From Vulcanimicrobiota bacterium (GTDB taxonomy: Bacteria; Vulcanimicrobiota; Vulcanimicrobiia; Vulcanimicrobiales; Vulcanimicrobiaceae), in contig CAVTCS010000003.1 in assembly GCA_963733295.1 (NCBI GenBank), forward strand, positions 224,001 through 288,000: 64,000 nucleotides of DNA, written 5' to 3'. Made by a program: the position numbers and the translations under genes. Every line of letters begins with the position of its first letter. Positions within the stretch are counted from its first letter, which is position 1. The notes under the pieces are model-generated. The model saw nothing but the letters and a program-made list of their open reading frames with translations, made no database searches and was not told where the DNA came from. Of the stretch, positions 30,652 to 40,668 are shown in pieces.

Positions 30652-31907
30652 GCGTCGAAATAAACGCCGGCCTCCTTGCGGAGGCGTACGAGAATTATCG
30701 CGCCTATCTGAATCCGCCGCTCGCGCGGCTGATGAAACTCTCCGGCTCGCCGGTGGAAGTCCGCGCGCAAGGCTGCACGATCCTCGATCAGACCGGCAAG
30801 GAATACTTGGACTTCGCCGGCGGTTACGGCGTCTTCACGCTCGGACACCGCCACCCGCGCGTCCTCGCCGCGGTTCGCGAACAGCTCGAGAACCTCGCCT
30901 TATCCGGCCGCACGATGTTCAGCCCGCCCATGGGACGTCTGGCGAAACGGCTTGCCGAGATCACGCCGGGAGATCTGCGGATCTCGTTCTTCGCCAATAG
31001 CGGAAGCGAGGCGATCGAAGGTGCGCTCAAATTGGCGCGCGCCGCCACCAAACGCCGCAAGTTCGTCGCCACGCACGACGCCTATCACGGCAAGACCTTC
31101 GGCGCGCTTTCGGTGAGCGGAAGCGAACCGTATCGCGAACCCTTCGAGCCGCTGCTCGAAGTGGAGTTCGTGCCGTACGGCGACGTCGACGCCCTCGCGC
31201 CGGCGCTCGAAGACGCCGCGGCCTTCGTCGTCGAGCCGGTGCAAGGTGAGGGCGGCGTCAACGTTCCGCCGGCCGGTTATCTGTCGCGCGCGCGCGAGCT
31301 GTGCGACGCGGCCGGCGCACTCTTGATCGCCGACGAAGTCCAGACCGGTCTCGGCCGTTGCGGCATGGCCTTCGCCTGCGAACGCGACGGCGTCGTTCCC
31401 GACGTCATGGCGTTAGCGAAAGGACTCTCCGGCGGCGTCGTGCCGATCGGCGCGTACGTTGCGCGCCCTTCGGTCTGGGACGAAGCTTTCGGCAAGGCGC
31501 CCTTGCTGCACACCTCGACGTTCGGTGGTAACCCGCTTGCGTGCACGGCGGCGCTCGCCGCGCTCGACGTGCTCTTCGACGAAGGTCTGATCGAAAATGC
31601 GCGCGTGCGCGGGGAGCAGCTCTTGCACGGCGCCAGCCTGATCGCCGCCGAATACCCTGGAGTGATTCGCGAGGTGCGCGGGCTCGGACTGCTCGTCGGC
31701 GTCGAACTGACGAACGAAGGCTACGGCGGGGCACTCGTACCGGAACTGCTCAAGCGCGGTGTAACCTCCGCCTGGACGCTCAACCGGCAGCGCGTGATCA
31801 GGCTCGAACCGCCCCTCATCGTAACTGCCGAAGAAGTCTCGCGCGCGCTCGAAGCGCTGCGCGGCGCGGTGCACGCGGCAGCCGCGACCCTCGGATCGCT
31901 CGGCTAG
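30648..31907 (+). CDS. Class III (omega) aminotransferase
   Basis: YLDFAGGYG, NSGSEAIE, YHGKT, EPVQGEGG, ADEVQTGLGR, AKGLSGG, HTSTFGGNP. Confidence 0.92.
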   Translation: MSVEINAGLLAEAYENYRAYLNPPLARLMKLSGSPVEVRAQGCTILDQTGKEYLDFAGGYGVFTLGHRHPRVLAAVREQLENLALSGRTMFSPPMGRLAKRLAEITPGDLRISFFANSGSEAIEGALKLARAATKRRKFVATHDAYHGKTFGALSVSGSEPYREPFEPLLEVEFVPYGDVDALAPALEDAAAFVVEPVQGEGGVNVPPAGYLSRARELCDAAGALLIADEVQTGLGRCGMAFACERDGVVPDVMALAKGLSGGVVPIGAYVARPSVWDEAFGKAPLLHTSTFGGNPLACTAALAALDVLFDEGLIENARVRGEQLLHGASLIAAEYPGVIREVRGLGLLVGVELTNEGYGGALVPELLKRGVTSAWTLNRQRVIRLEPPLIVTAEEVSRALEALRGAVHAAAATLGSLG

Positions 31908-32363
31908 ATGCCGTTCGTCGAGACGACCATCGTCATCGAGGCACCGGCTCGAGACGTTTACGAACTCGCGAAAAAGCAGGAACGCTTTCCCGAATTCATG
32001 CCCGACGTCGAATCGGTCGTGATCCTCGAGCGCGAGCCGCACCGCATGATTTCGCGCTGGAAAACGCTGGTCGAAGACGCGCCGATCGAATGGACCGAGG
32101 AGGACCGTTTCGACGACGCGGCGCTACGCGTCGACTACAAGCTGATCGAAGGCGATCTCGATACCTTTGAAGGCAGCTGGACTTTCGAGGACGGCGACGG
32201 CCGGACTCACGTAACGCTCGGCGTCGAGTTCGATTTCGGCGTACCGACGCTGGCCGAACTCATCGGCCCGACGCTCGCGCGCAAAGTTCGCGAAAACGCG
32301 GAGATGATGCTCGCCGCGCTCAAGCGCGAAGCGGAATCCGCAGCCCGCGTTCCCGCGGAGTAG
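31908..32363 (+). CDS. SRPBCC/polyketide-cyclase (START-like) lipid-binding protein
   Basis: VYELAK..ERFPEFMPDVESV, EGDLDTFEGSW pattern of Coq10/SRPBCC proteins. Confidence 0.85.
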   Translation: MPFVETTIVIEAPARDVYELAKKQERFPEFMPDVESVVILEREPHRMISRWKTLVEDAPIEWTEEDRFDDAALRVDYKLIEGDLDTFEGSWTFEDGDGRTHVTLGVEFDFGVPTLAELIGPTLARKVRENAEMMLAALKREAESAARVPAE

Positions 32364-32430
32364 CCGCACTACCTAGAAGAAGCCGGGAGGCGTTCTCGAC
32401 CAGCCGAGTTGAGCGTAGAATGAATCCCGG

Positions 32431-33102
32431 CTAGTTCGGTAGCGAGAAGGCGACGATTTGATTCGAGTGGGCGTCGTTGGTCCAGAAGCGCTCGCCGTCG
32501 ACCGCGAGGGAAATCATCGCAAAGGGTGATTGCGCGACCGTGACCGGGATGGCGCCCGCGCTCTTGGGCTCGATGTAGGCGACCCGGGCGCCGCCGCGTT
32601 CGCGTCCGAGCCACAACGAGAGATACAGGCGCGTTCCGGCCCAGCAGATCCCGAGGATCTGTTCGCCGATCGGTACGGTGCGCACCACACGATGCGTCGC
32701 GTCGAGTTCGAGGACGCGTTTGTTATGGCGTTGGCTCAACCACAGACGCTCGCCGTCGAAAGCGAGAAACGATCCGGTATCGTCCGGACACGCGGCGGCG
32801 TGCGTCTTGAAACCGTGGCCGGGAACGAAGCGACGGATGAAACGATTGTCCCCCTCGCCGTTCTCCGAGCAGATGAAGCGCAGTTCGTCGCCGATGACCG
32901 TCGAGCCGACGGGACGGCCGGGCGCGCGGACCTCTTCGAACACTCGGCCTTGCTTGGGATCGAGTCCGTACACGCGCTCGGTATCCCAGGAACCGAGCCA
33001 TAAATGTTCGCCGTCGTGGGCCAGCGACTGAGGCGCCGGAGCGGGCGAAGGGAAGCGCACGAGCTGGGCAATTTCCGCAAGTTCCGATGAGGAAGTCAGC
33101 AT
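32431..33102 (-). CDS. Hypothetical beta-propeller protein (glutaminyl-cyclase/YncE-like repeats)
   Basis: Repeated blades SLAHDGEHLW, LAFDGERLW, LAVDGERFW. Confidence 0.65.
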   Translation of the reverse strand: MLTSSSELAEIAQLVRFPSPAPAPQSLAHDGEHLWLGSWDTERVYGLDPKQGRVFEEVRAPGRPVGSTVIGDELRFICSENGEGDNRFIRRFVPGHGFKTHAAACPDDTGSFLAFDGERLWLSQRHNKRVLELDATHRVVRTVPIGEQILGICWAGTRLYLSLWLGRERGGARVAYIEPKSAGAIPVTVAQSPFAMISLAVDGERFWTNDAHSNQIVAFSLPN

Positions 33103-33155
33103 CGCCCGGCCTTCGCTTCGGGGTCTGTGGAGGACCTGGCGCGAAGCGGGGCCGG

Positions 33156-34262
33156 GTGAAGTTCGCCTTCGTCATTCACCCGACGTCGTTGGAAGACGTG
33201 GTCCGTTACGAGCCGGGCGCCGTCGGTAAGGGGCGCCCGCTGATCGAGAAAATCATGGAGTGGATGCCCGCATACGCGGCCGCCCACGTTACCGGAATTA
33301 CGGCGCCCGACGGCCGGACCACCGAAGGCTGGTTCGTCGCCGCGAACTTCATGCCCGAACAAATGCTCTCGCTGCCGCGCGAACGCGTCCTGGGCAAGAT
33401 TCTCGACGCGGTCGAGATCGGTGCGCAGCTCGGGGCGGAGGTCGCGGGACTCGGCGCTTTCACCGGCGTCGTCGGCGACGGCGGGGTGACGGTCGCAGGG
33501 CGCTCGCGCATTCCGGTGACGACGGGAAACTCGCTCACCATTTCAGCCGGAGTCCGCAGTTTCTTCCGGGGTGCGCAGGAGATGGAAATCGATCTCGCAC
33601 GCGCGACGGCGGTCGTCGTCGGGGCCACCGGTTCGATCGGGTCCGCCTGCGTTCGTTTGATCGGTCCGCACGTTGCCCAGCTGGTTCTCGTCGCGCGCAA
33701 CGCCACCAGGCTCCAGCGTCTCGCCGAAGCGCTCTCGGAGGAGTTGACCTGCGGCATCTCGATCTCGACCGACGTTCCGAGCGCGGTTCGGCGCGGTCAG
33801 CTCGTGCTGACCGCGACGACCTCGACGCAAGAGCTGATCGAGCCGGCGGATCTCCGCATCGGCTCGGTTGTCTGCGAGCTCTCGCTGCCGCACGACGTCG
33901 GACGGCGCGTCGCGCTGGAGCGTCCCGACGTGCTCGTCGTCGAGGGAGGGCACATGAAGGTGCCGGGTGCGGTCCGATTCGAGCGCGTCCGCGAGCCCGG
34001 CACTGATTTCGACTTCGGCTTGCCGCCCGGCACGGCGCTGGCCTGCATGTCGGAGACGATGGTTCTCGCGCTCGAGGAGCGACGCGAAAGTTTCACGCTG
34101 GGACGCGGCATCGAGTTGGCGAAAGTGCGCGAGATGGACGAGTTGGCGATGCGAGCCGGCTTTACGCTGGCGGGAATGCGCGCCTTCGATCGCGCGATCG
34201 TTCCGGAGCGGATCGAGGCGATCCGAGCCGCCGCGCGCGGCCGCGCCATGGCAGCGCGCTAG
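33156..34262 (+). CDS. Acyl-ACP/thioester reductase-like NAD(P)H dehydrogenase (COG5322/AAR family)
   Basis: KFAFVIHP N-terminus, GLGAFTGVVGDGG, VTTGNSLT, VVGATGSIG, ALACMSETMVLALE. Confidence 0.8.
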   Translation: MKFAFVIHPTSLEDVVRYEPGAVGKGRPLIEKIMEWMPAYAAAHVTGITAPDGRTTEGWFVAANFMPEQMLSLPRERVLGKILDAVEIGAQLGAEVAGLGAFTGVVGDGGVTVAGRSRIPVTTGNSLTISAGVRSFFRGAQEMEIDLARATAVVVGATGSIGSACVRLIGPHVAQLVLVARNATRLQRLAEALSEELTCGISISTDVPSAVRRGQLVLTATTSTQELIEPADLRIGSVVCELSLPHDVGRRVALERPDVLVVEGGHMKVPGAVRFERVREPGTDFDFGLPPGTALACMSETMVLALEERRESFTLGRGIELAKVREMDELAMRAGFTLAGMRAFDRAIVPERIEAIRAAARGRAMAAR

Positions 34263-34264
34263 CC

Positions 34265-34729
34265 GTGCCGCGCGTGCATTCGTACCGCGCCAACGTCGTG
34301 TGGACGGGCGCCGCCCGCGGCCCGACGAAGACGTACGCCGGATATTCGCGCGACTACACGATCTTTTTCGATGGAAAGCCGGTGCTTGCGGGCTCCGCCG
34401 ATCCCGCTTTCCGCGGCACCGGTGCGCGCTACAATCCCGAGGAATTGCTGCTGGCCTCGCTTGCCGCGTGTCACATGCTTTCGTACCTGGCGCTCTGCGC
34501 GCGCGAAGGGATCGGCGTCGTCGCCTATCGCGACGAGGCGAGCGGCACGATGAGCGAAGAGGCCGGCGCCGGACGCTTCACCCTCGTCCGGCTCGCGCCG
34601 CAAGTGACCGTCGACGATCAGCGAGTCGAACGCGCGCTCGAACTTCACGATCGCGCGCGCGAGGAATGCTTCATCGCGAACTCGGTCAATTTCCCGGTCG
34701 AGCACGCGCCGCGCATCGAGCGTTCGTGA
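34265..34729 (+). CDS. OsmC/Ohr family protein
   Basis: GSADPAFRG..YNPEELLLASLAACHMLSYL and CFIANSV. Confidence 0.9.
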   Translation: MPRVHSYRANVVWTGAARGPTKTYAGYSRDYTIFFDGKPVLAGSADPAFRGTGARYNPEELLLASLAACHMLSYLALCAREGIGVVAYRDEASGTMSEEAGAGRFTLVRLAPQVTVDDQRVERALELHDRAREECFIANSVNFPVEHAPRIERS

Positions 34730-35643
34730 AGCGCATCGTCTCCGTTTCGCTGGGTTCGTCGTCGCGCGATCACCGTACCGAAATCGACCTGCTGGGAGAG
34801 CGGATCGCTCTCGAGCGCGTGGGCATGGACGGTTCGCTCGACCGTGCCTTGAAAAAAGTGGAGGAACTCGACGGTCGCGTCGACGCGATCGGTCTCGGCG
34901 GCATCGACGTCTACCTGTACGCCGGCAGCAAGCGCTTCGCGTTGCGCGACGGCTTGCGCTTGCTCGAGGCGGCGAAGGTCACGCCGGTCGTCGACGGCAG
35001 CGGTCTGAAGAATACGCTCGAACGGCACGCCGTGCGTTACTTGAGCGATGATCTCGGCATCTCGTTGTCCGGCGTACCCGTCTTGATGGTCAGCGCACTC
35101 GACCGTTTCGGGATGGCGCAGGCGCTCGTCGCCGCCGGCGCGGATGTCGTCTTCGGCGACTTCATCTTCGCCCTCGACTTGGACAAACCGGTGCGCGGTC
35201 TGGCCGAATTCGAGCAGCTGGCGGAACGCTACTTGCCCGACGCTTGCAAGTTACCGTTCCAATTCTTCTATCCGACCGGCAAGAAACAAGACCGACCGCC
35301 GCAACCGAAATATCCGGAATACTACGCCGCCGCCCAAATCGTCGCCGGCGACTTCCATTTCATGCGCCAGTTCATGCCCGATCGTTTGGACGGTAAGCTC
35401 GTCTTGACCAACACCGTGACCGCGCGCGACGTCGAAGAACTTCGCGAGCGCGGCGTCGCGCGGCTGGTCACGACGACGCCGGACTTCGGCGGCCGCTCCT
35501 TCGGCACGAATGTGGTCGAAGCTGCTTTGCTGGCTTTGCTCGGGAAACGCTGGAGCGACGTGACGGAAGATGACTACACGCGTTTGATAGCCGCGGCGAA
35601 GCTGCGGCCGCGCGTGCTCGAATTGAGCCACGCGCCGGCTTGA
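34726..35643 (+). CDS. Conserved protein of unknown function (often auto-annotated quinate 5-dehydrogenase-like)
   Basis: MKRIVSVSLGSSSRDH, DAIGLGGID, PVVDGSGLKNTLE, GRSFGTNVVEA. Confidence 0.7.
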   Translation: MKRIVSVSLGSSSRDHRTEIDLLGERIALERVGMDGSLDRALKKVEELDGRVDAIGLGGIDVYLYAGSKRFALRDGLRLLEAAKVTPVVDGSGLKNTLERHAVRYLSDDLGISLSGVPVLMVSALDRFGMAQALVAAGADVVFGDFIFALDLDKPVRGLAEFEQLAERYLPDACKLPFQFFYPTGKKQDRPPQPKYPEYYAAAQIVAGDFHFMRQFMPDRLDGKLVLTNTVTARDVEELRERGVARLVTTTPDFGGRSFGTNVVEAALLALLGKRWSDVTEDDYTRLIAAAKLRPRVLELSHAPA

Positions 35644-37076
35644 ACCAAATCATCCGGCAACTTCTAGCGCGGCAGCCGTACGATCGGCTCGCGGTCTCGA
35701 AGGGCCCTGCGTTACGCCGGGCCTTGGGTTTGCCTGGTTTGATCGCGGTCGGGCTGGGCACGATGCTCGGCGGAATCTTCACCACGATCGGAGCCGGCAC
35801 GCTGGCGGCCGGTCCGGGCGTCGTCGTTTCGTTTCTGCTCTCGGGTCTCGCCTGCGTCTTCGTCTCGCTGTGTTACGCCGAGCTGGCGTCGATGGTGCCG
35901 ATCGCGGGGAGCGCGTATACGTACGCGTACGCGACGCTCGGTGAGTTGGTCGCCTGGATCATCGGCTGGGATCTCTTGCTCGAGTACGGGATCAGCGTCG
36001 CTCCGGTCGCCGCTTCCTGGTCGGGGTACGTGCAATCGTACTTGCAGGGCTTCGGAATCTCGGTGCCGGTTTGGGGGCAAGTCGCGCACCTCGTGACGGC
36101 CGGCGGCCGGATCGATTTCGTCCATTCGCAAGTCGATCTGCTCGCTATCGCGGTGGTTCTCTTCATTACGGCGCTGCTCGCGATCGGCATTCGCGAGTCG
36201 GCCTCCACGAATACCGTGCTCGTTCTGGTCCAAGTGTTTTCGATCGTCGTCTTCGTCGTCGCGCTCCTCGGCGCGATCCATCCCGCGAATTTCACGCCGC
36301 TCTTTCCGAGGGGACTGCACGGGGTCGTGACGGGCGCGGCGCTGGTCTTCTTCGCGTACATCGGTTTCGATACGGTAACCGTGGCCTCCGAGGAGGCCCA
36401 CCGTCCGCACACCGACGTGCCGCGCGCCGTGATCGGCTCCTTGCTCATCGGGGCGGTCCTCTACGTCGCGATCGCTTGGGTAACGGTGGGCGTCGTGCCC
36501 TGGCAGCACATCAACGAAGACGCCGGAATGAGCGACGCGGTGCGCCTCGGCGGTAACAACGCCTTCGTCAACAATATCTTGACGATCGGCGCGTTGGCGG
36601 GCACGACGACCGTCATGCTCACGTCGCTTCTCGGACAGGTCAGGATCTTCTACGTGATGGCGCGCGATCGGATGCTCCCGCCGTTCGTCGCCGGCGTGAA
36701 TTCGAGTACGCAAACGCCGCTGCTCACGACCGTGACGACCGGCATCGTCGTCTCGATCCTGGCGGGCATCGTGCCGCTGGGGGTGTTGCTCTCGCTCGTG
36801 AACATCGGCACGCTCTCGGCGTTCGCGATCGTATGCGGCGGCGTGCTCGTCTTGCGTTTCAAGGAGCCGGATGCGGTCCGGCCCTTCCGTGCACCGTTTT
36901 CTCCGGGCGTGCCGATCTGCGGCCTCGTGCTCTGTCTGTATCTGATGTTCGGCGGACTTTCGGGATCGACGTGGGTGCGCTTCATCGTGTGGTTCCTGGT
37001 CGGCATGGCGATCTATGCGTTGTACGGCTTCCGTCACTCGCTCTTGCGGCCGAAACCCGAAGGCGGCGCGACGTAG
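35640..37076 (+). CDS. APC family amino acid permease
   Basis: GTMLGGIF, CYAELASMVPIAGSAYTYAY, FFAYIGFD; many TM segments. Confidence 0.93.
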   Translation: MNQIIRQLLARQPYDRLAVSKGPALRRALGLPGLIAVGLGTMLGGIFTTIGAGTLAAGPGVVVSFLLSGLACVFVSLCYAELASMVPIAGSAYTYAYATLGELVAWIIGWDLLLEYGISVAPVAASWSGYVQSYLQGFGISVPVWGQVAHLVTAGGRIDFVHSQVDLLAIAVVLFITALLAIGIRESASTNTVLVLVQVFSIVVFVVALLGAIHPANFTPLFPRGLHGVVTGAALVFFAYIGFDTVTVASEEAHRPHTDVPRAVIGSLLIGAVLYVAIAWVTVGVVPWQHINEDAGMSDAVRLGGNNAFVNNILTIGALAGTTTVMLTSLLGQVRIFYVMARDRMLPPFVAGVNSSTQTPLLTTVTTGIVVSILAGIVPLGVLLSLVNIGTLSAFAIVCGGVLVLRFKEPDAVRPFRAPFSPGVPICGLVLCLYLMFGGLSGSTWVRFIVWFLVGMAIYALYGFRHSLLRPKPEGGAT

Positions 37077-37099
37077 CCCGAGATGCCCCGCCGCGCGCC

Positions 37100-38461
37100 A
37101 TGCCGCGCGTGCTCGGGCTGTTCGACATCTCGATTCTGGCCTCGGCGTCGATGGGGCCGGCCTACAGCCTCGCCTCCACGATGGGACCGATGGTCGCGGT
37201 TGCGGGCGATCACGCAACGCTGGCGCTCGCGCTCCTCGCGGCGATCATGCTCTGCATCGCGATCGCGTTCAGCCGCTTGTCGGCGCGCTTGCCGAACGCC
37301 GGCTCGTCGTTCACCTGGATCGGCGCCGCCTTCGGGCCGCTCGCAGGCGCGTACGGCGCGTGGCTCTTGCTGCTTTCCAACTATTTCGCAACGATGGCGA
37401 CCGCGCTGCCCGCCGGAATCTACACGCTCGATCTCGTCGCGCCGCGGCTCTCCGCCTCGCCGCTATGGGACGCGCTCGTCGGCGTCGTGTGGATCGCCGC
37501 GAGCGCCCTGCTGCTCGCCGTCGGCCTTCGGCCGACCGCCTTCGCGACCGCGCTCTTCTTGCTTGCGGAACTTGCGGTGATCGCCGCGACGGCGCTTGCG
37601 GCGCTGTTCGTTCACCCCGTGCCCGAGTCCAGCGTGCTGCCTGCGGGATTTGCGCTGCCGGGTTGGAGCGGGATCTTGCCGGCGATGGTGCTCGGAATCT
37701 GGATGACCGACGGCTGGGAAGTCTCGGCCTCGGCTTCGGAAGAGACGACCGGGTCGAGCAAGACGCCGGGCCGCGGCGGGATCGTCGGCCTCGTTGCGAC
37801 CGTCGCGATTCTGCTCGCCGCGATGGCCGCGTATTTGCACGCCGGCAGCGTTGCCGGTTTCGCAGCGCACCAAAGCGACGCGCTGGCGTACGTCGCCGAC
37901 CGTTTGGGCGGCGGCTGGTGGCGCGTCGCGATCGTCGCCACCGTGCTCGTGTCGACCGCCGCGGCGCTTTGGACGACGCTCCTCTATCTTTCGCGGAGCG
38001 TCTTTGCGATGGGGCGCGACGGGGTTCTGCCGCGCGCGCTTGGCAGCCTCGATCGGCGCGGACTCCCAGTGAACGCGCTGTTCGCGGTGAGCTTCGCCGT
38101 TTCGCTTTTCACGCTGGTCACCGGCCTCTGGCCCACGGTGGTCGGCGCGCTCACGCTGATCCTGGACGGCACCTCGGTGTTTCTCGGTTTGCTGTTCTGC
38201 GCGTCGGCCTGCGCCGCGGTGCGCATGCTGGCCGGCCGGGCCGGAGGAGAGCCCGTGGTGAGCGCGGCGCTGATCCCGGCGTTCGGCGCGCTCGCGCTGC
38301 TGGCCGTCATCGGCTACACGGTGTTCGTTTCGGACCCGGTAACGCGCGGAATCGAACTCGGAGGTCTGGCGATTGGAATTCCGTTCATGCTGTGGCGCGG
38401 ACGCGGCGGCGGCCTCGTGCGCGAGGAAGCGCTCGCGCGGGAGGCGAGCGGTCTGGGTTAG
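37100..38461 (+). CDS. APC family permease (second, divergent)
   Basis: ASMGPAYSL, PNAGSSFTW, DGWEVSASASEE, SRSVFAMGRDGVLP. Confidence 0.85.
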   Translation: MPRVLGLFDISILASASMGPAYSLASTMGPMVAVAGDHATLALALLAAIMLCIAIAFSRLSARLPNAGSSFTWIGAAFGPLAGAYGAWLLLLSNYFATMATALPAGIYTLDLVAPRLSASPLWDALVGVVWIAASALLLAVGLRPTAFATALFLLAELAVIAATALAALFVHPVPESSVLPAGFALPGWSGILPAMVLGIWMTDGWEVSASASEETTGSSKTPGRGGIVGLVATVAILLAAMAAYLHAGSVAGFAAHQSDALAYVADRLGGGWWRVAIVATVLVSTAAALWTTLLYLSRSVFAMGRDGVLPRALGSLDRRGLPVNALFAVSFAVSLFTLVTGLWPTVVGALTLILDGTSVFLGLLFCASACAAVRMLAGRAGGEPVVSAALIPAFGALALLAVIGYTVFVSDPVTRGIELGGLAIGIPFMLWRGRGGGLVREEALAREASGLG

Positions 38462-38596
38462 CGCGGTTCGCCGGTCTTTTCACGCAGTCTCGCCGCTCCC
38501 TCGGCTCGGGGCCCGCAGGAGGGCCCAGGCACATCTGCGGGGTTGCGCCCCCGTGGAAAAGGTAGTACGGCCCCTTCAGCACGAATGACCCGCGCT

Positions 38597-38625
38597 GACG
38601 TGAGCGGCCCGCTTGCGTCCTTTTT
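38597..38625 (+). terminator. Terminator-like hairpin in the greA leader
   Basis: GACGTGAGCG-gcc-CGCTTGCGTC followed by CTTTTT, 28 nt before the greA start. Confidence 0.5.
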
Positions 38626-38653
38626 GCTACCTGGAGACGGGACGGAATCACGC

Positions 38654-39160
38654 GTGAACGACAAAGAGACCGTACTTACGAAAGAAGGGCTCGCGAAGCT
38701 CGAGGACGAGCTCGACGAGCTCAAGTCCATTCACCGCCGGGAAGTCAACGACCGGATTCGGCAGGCTAAAGAGTTCGGCGACATCTCTGAGAACGCCGAG
38801 TACGAAGACGCCAAACAGGAACAGGCTTTCGTGGAAGGCCGCATCCTGAAAGTCGAAACGATGATTCGCAACGCGCGCATCATCGACGAGTCTGAGTTCT
38901 CGAGCGACGAAGTACATCTCGGCGCGACCGTAAGAGTGAAGGACACGAAGAGCGGTTCGAGCATGGAGTTCACGATCGTCGGCTCGACCGAGGCCGATCC
39001 CACCAACCAGCGCCTCTCGAACGAGTCTCCGCTCGGCAAGGCTCTGATCGGCCGTAAGAAAGGCGAGACGCTCGACGTGCAGACGCCGCGTGGCGTCACC
39101 AGCTATAAGATCGAAGCGATCAACGGTAAGAAGAAGGCAGCCGCGAAAAAAGCGTCGTGA
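38654..39160 (+). CDS. greA: Transcription elongation factor GreA
   Basis: LTKEGLAKLEDEL, FGDISENAEYEDAK, SNESPLGKALIG. Confidence 0.96.
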   Translation: MNDKETVLTKEGLAKLEDELDELKSIHRREVNDRIRQAKEFGDISENAEYEDAKQEQAFVEGRILKVETMIRNARIIDESEFSSDEVHLGATVRVKDTKSGSSMEFTIVGSTEADPTNQRLSNESPLGKALIGRKKGETLDVQTPRGVTSYKIEAINGKKKAAAKKAS

Positions 39161-40659
39161 CCGAGGATCTCGGCACGCGCGAAGCCGAGCTCCGGGCAGC
39201 CAGGCGGGCAAACCTCGAAGCGTTGCGCGAGCGAGGCGCCGATCCGTTCGCAACGACGCGCTTCGACGTCGACGCGCACGCCGCAGAACTCGCTTCGCGC
39301 TATGTCTCGCTGAGCGCAGAATCGCCGGCGCCCTCCGAGCGCTATCGCCTTGCGGGGCGCATCATGGCGCTCCGCAAGCAGGGCAAGAAAGTCTACTTTG
39401 CGGACCTGTGGGATCGCACCGGCAAGATTCAGCTCTACGTGCGCGAGGACGTCGTAGGCCCCGAGGGGTTCGCGCTGTTCGATCGCGTCGATTTGGGCGA
39501 CATCGTCGGAGTTGCGGGTTCGCTCTTCCGCACGAAGATGGGCGAACTGACGCTGCGCGCCGAGTCGCTGACCGTCCTCTCCAAAGCGCTGGCTCCGCTA
39601 CCGGATAAGTGGCATGGCTTGGTCGACGTCGAGAAGCGCTACCGGCAGCGGTACCTCGATTTGATCATGAACGAGCACGTGCGCGAGGTCTTCATTACGC
39701 GGAGCCGCGTCGTCGCCGAGATGCGCCGCTTCATCGACGCGCGCGGTTTTCTCGAAGTCGAAACGGCGACCTTGCTCAGCATCGCCGGCGGCGCCAATGC
39801 GCGACCGTTCCGCACCCACTCGAACGCCCTCGACATCCCGCTCGACCTGCGCATCGCAACGGAGCTGAATCTCAAGCGCTTGATCGTCGGCGGACTCGAA
39901 CGCGTCTACGAAATCGGCCGGATTTTTCGCAACGAAGGCATCGACACGACGCACAACCCGGAGTTCACGATGCTCGAACTCTACGCGGCGTACTGGTCGA
40001 TGAACGAGATGTTGCAATTCAACGAAGAGCTGATCGCTCATCTGGTCGCGACGATTCACGGGAAGGAAGAGCTTCCAGTCGGCCAACACCTGATTTCGTT
40101 CGCCCGGCCCTTCCGACGTATCACGTATCTCGAGGCGATGGAAACCTACGGCGGTTTGAAGCGCCAGGATCTGCTCGACCCGGCCGGCGCGGCGCGCACG
40201 CTCGAGCGCCTCGGGTTGCCCTCCTCGCCGACGCACGGACACGCGCTCGATAAGATCTTCGAGCGCGTGGTGGAGCCCCATCTGGTCGCGCCGACCTTCG
40301 TCTACGACTATCCGCTCGCGATCTCGCCGCTGTCGAAGCGTAAGCCCGGCGATCTCGAAATCGTGGAGCGCTACGAGTTGTTTGCAGCCAACTTCGAAGT
40401 AGCGAATGCGTTCACCGAACTGAACGATCCCGACGACCAGCGGGCGCGTTTCGAGGCGCAGATCGCGCTGCGCAAGCAAGGCGACGAAGAGGTTCCGGTG
40501 CCCGACTGGGATTTCGTCAACGCGCTCGAATACGGCATGCCGCCGACCGCCGGCATCGGCATCGGGGTCGACCGCCTCGTCATGCTGCTCACCGACAACG
40601 CGTCGGTCCGCGATGTGATCCTCTTTCCGCTGCAGCGGCCTCAGCAACACTCTTCGTAG
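39157..40659 (+). CDS. lysS: Lysine-tRNA ligase (class II)
   Basis: RYRQRYLDL, GGANARPF, FRNEGID, EYGMPPTAGIGIGVDRL. Confidence 0.97.
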   Translation: MTEDLGTREAELRAARRANLEALRERGADPFATTRFDVDAHAAELASRYVSLSAESPAPSERYRLAGRIMALRKQGKKVYFADLWDRTGKIQLYVREDVVGPEGFALFDRVDLGDIVGVAGSLFRTKMGELTLRAESLTVLSKALAPLPDKWHGLVDVEKRYRQRYLDLIMNEHVREVFITRSRVVAEMRRFIDARGFLEVETATLLSIAGGANARPFRTHSNALDIPLDLRIATELNLKRLIVGGLERVYEIGRIFRNEGIDTTHNPEFTMLELYAAYWSMNEMLQFNEELIAHLVATIHGKEELPVGQHLISFARPFRRITYLEAMETYGGLKRQDLLDPAGAARTLERLGLPSSPTHGHALDKIFERVVEPHLVAPTFVYDYPLAISPLSKRKPGDLEIVERYELFAANFEVANAFTELNDPDDQRARFEAQIALRKQGDEEVPVPDWDFVNALEYGMPPTAGIGIGVDRLVMLLTDNASVRDVILFPLQRPQQHSS

Positions 40660-40668
40660 TGCGGTAGC

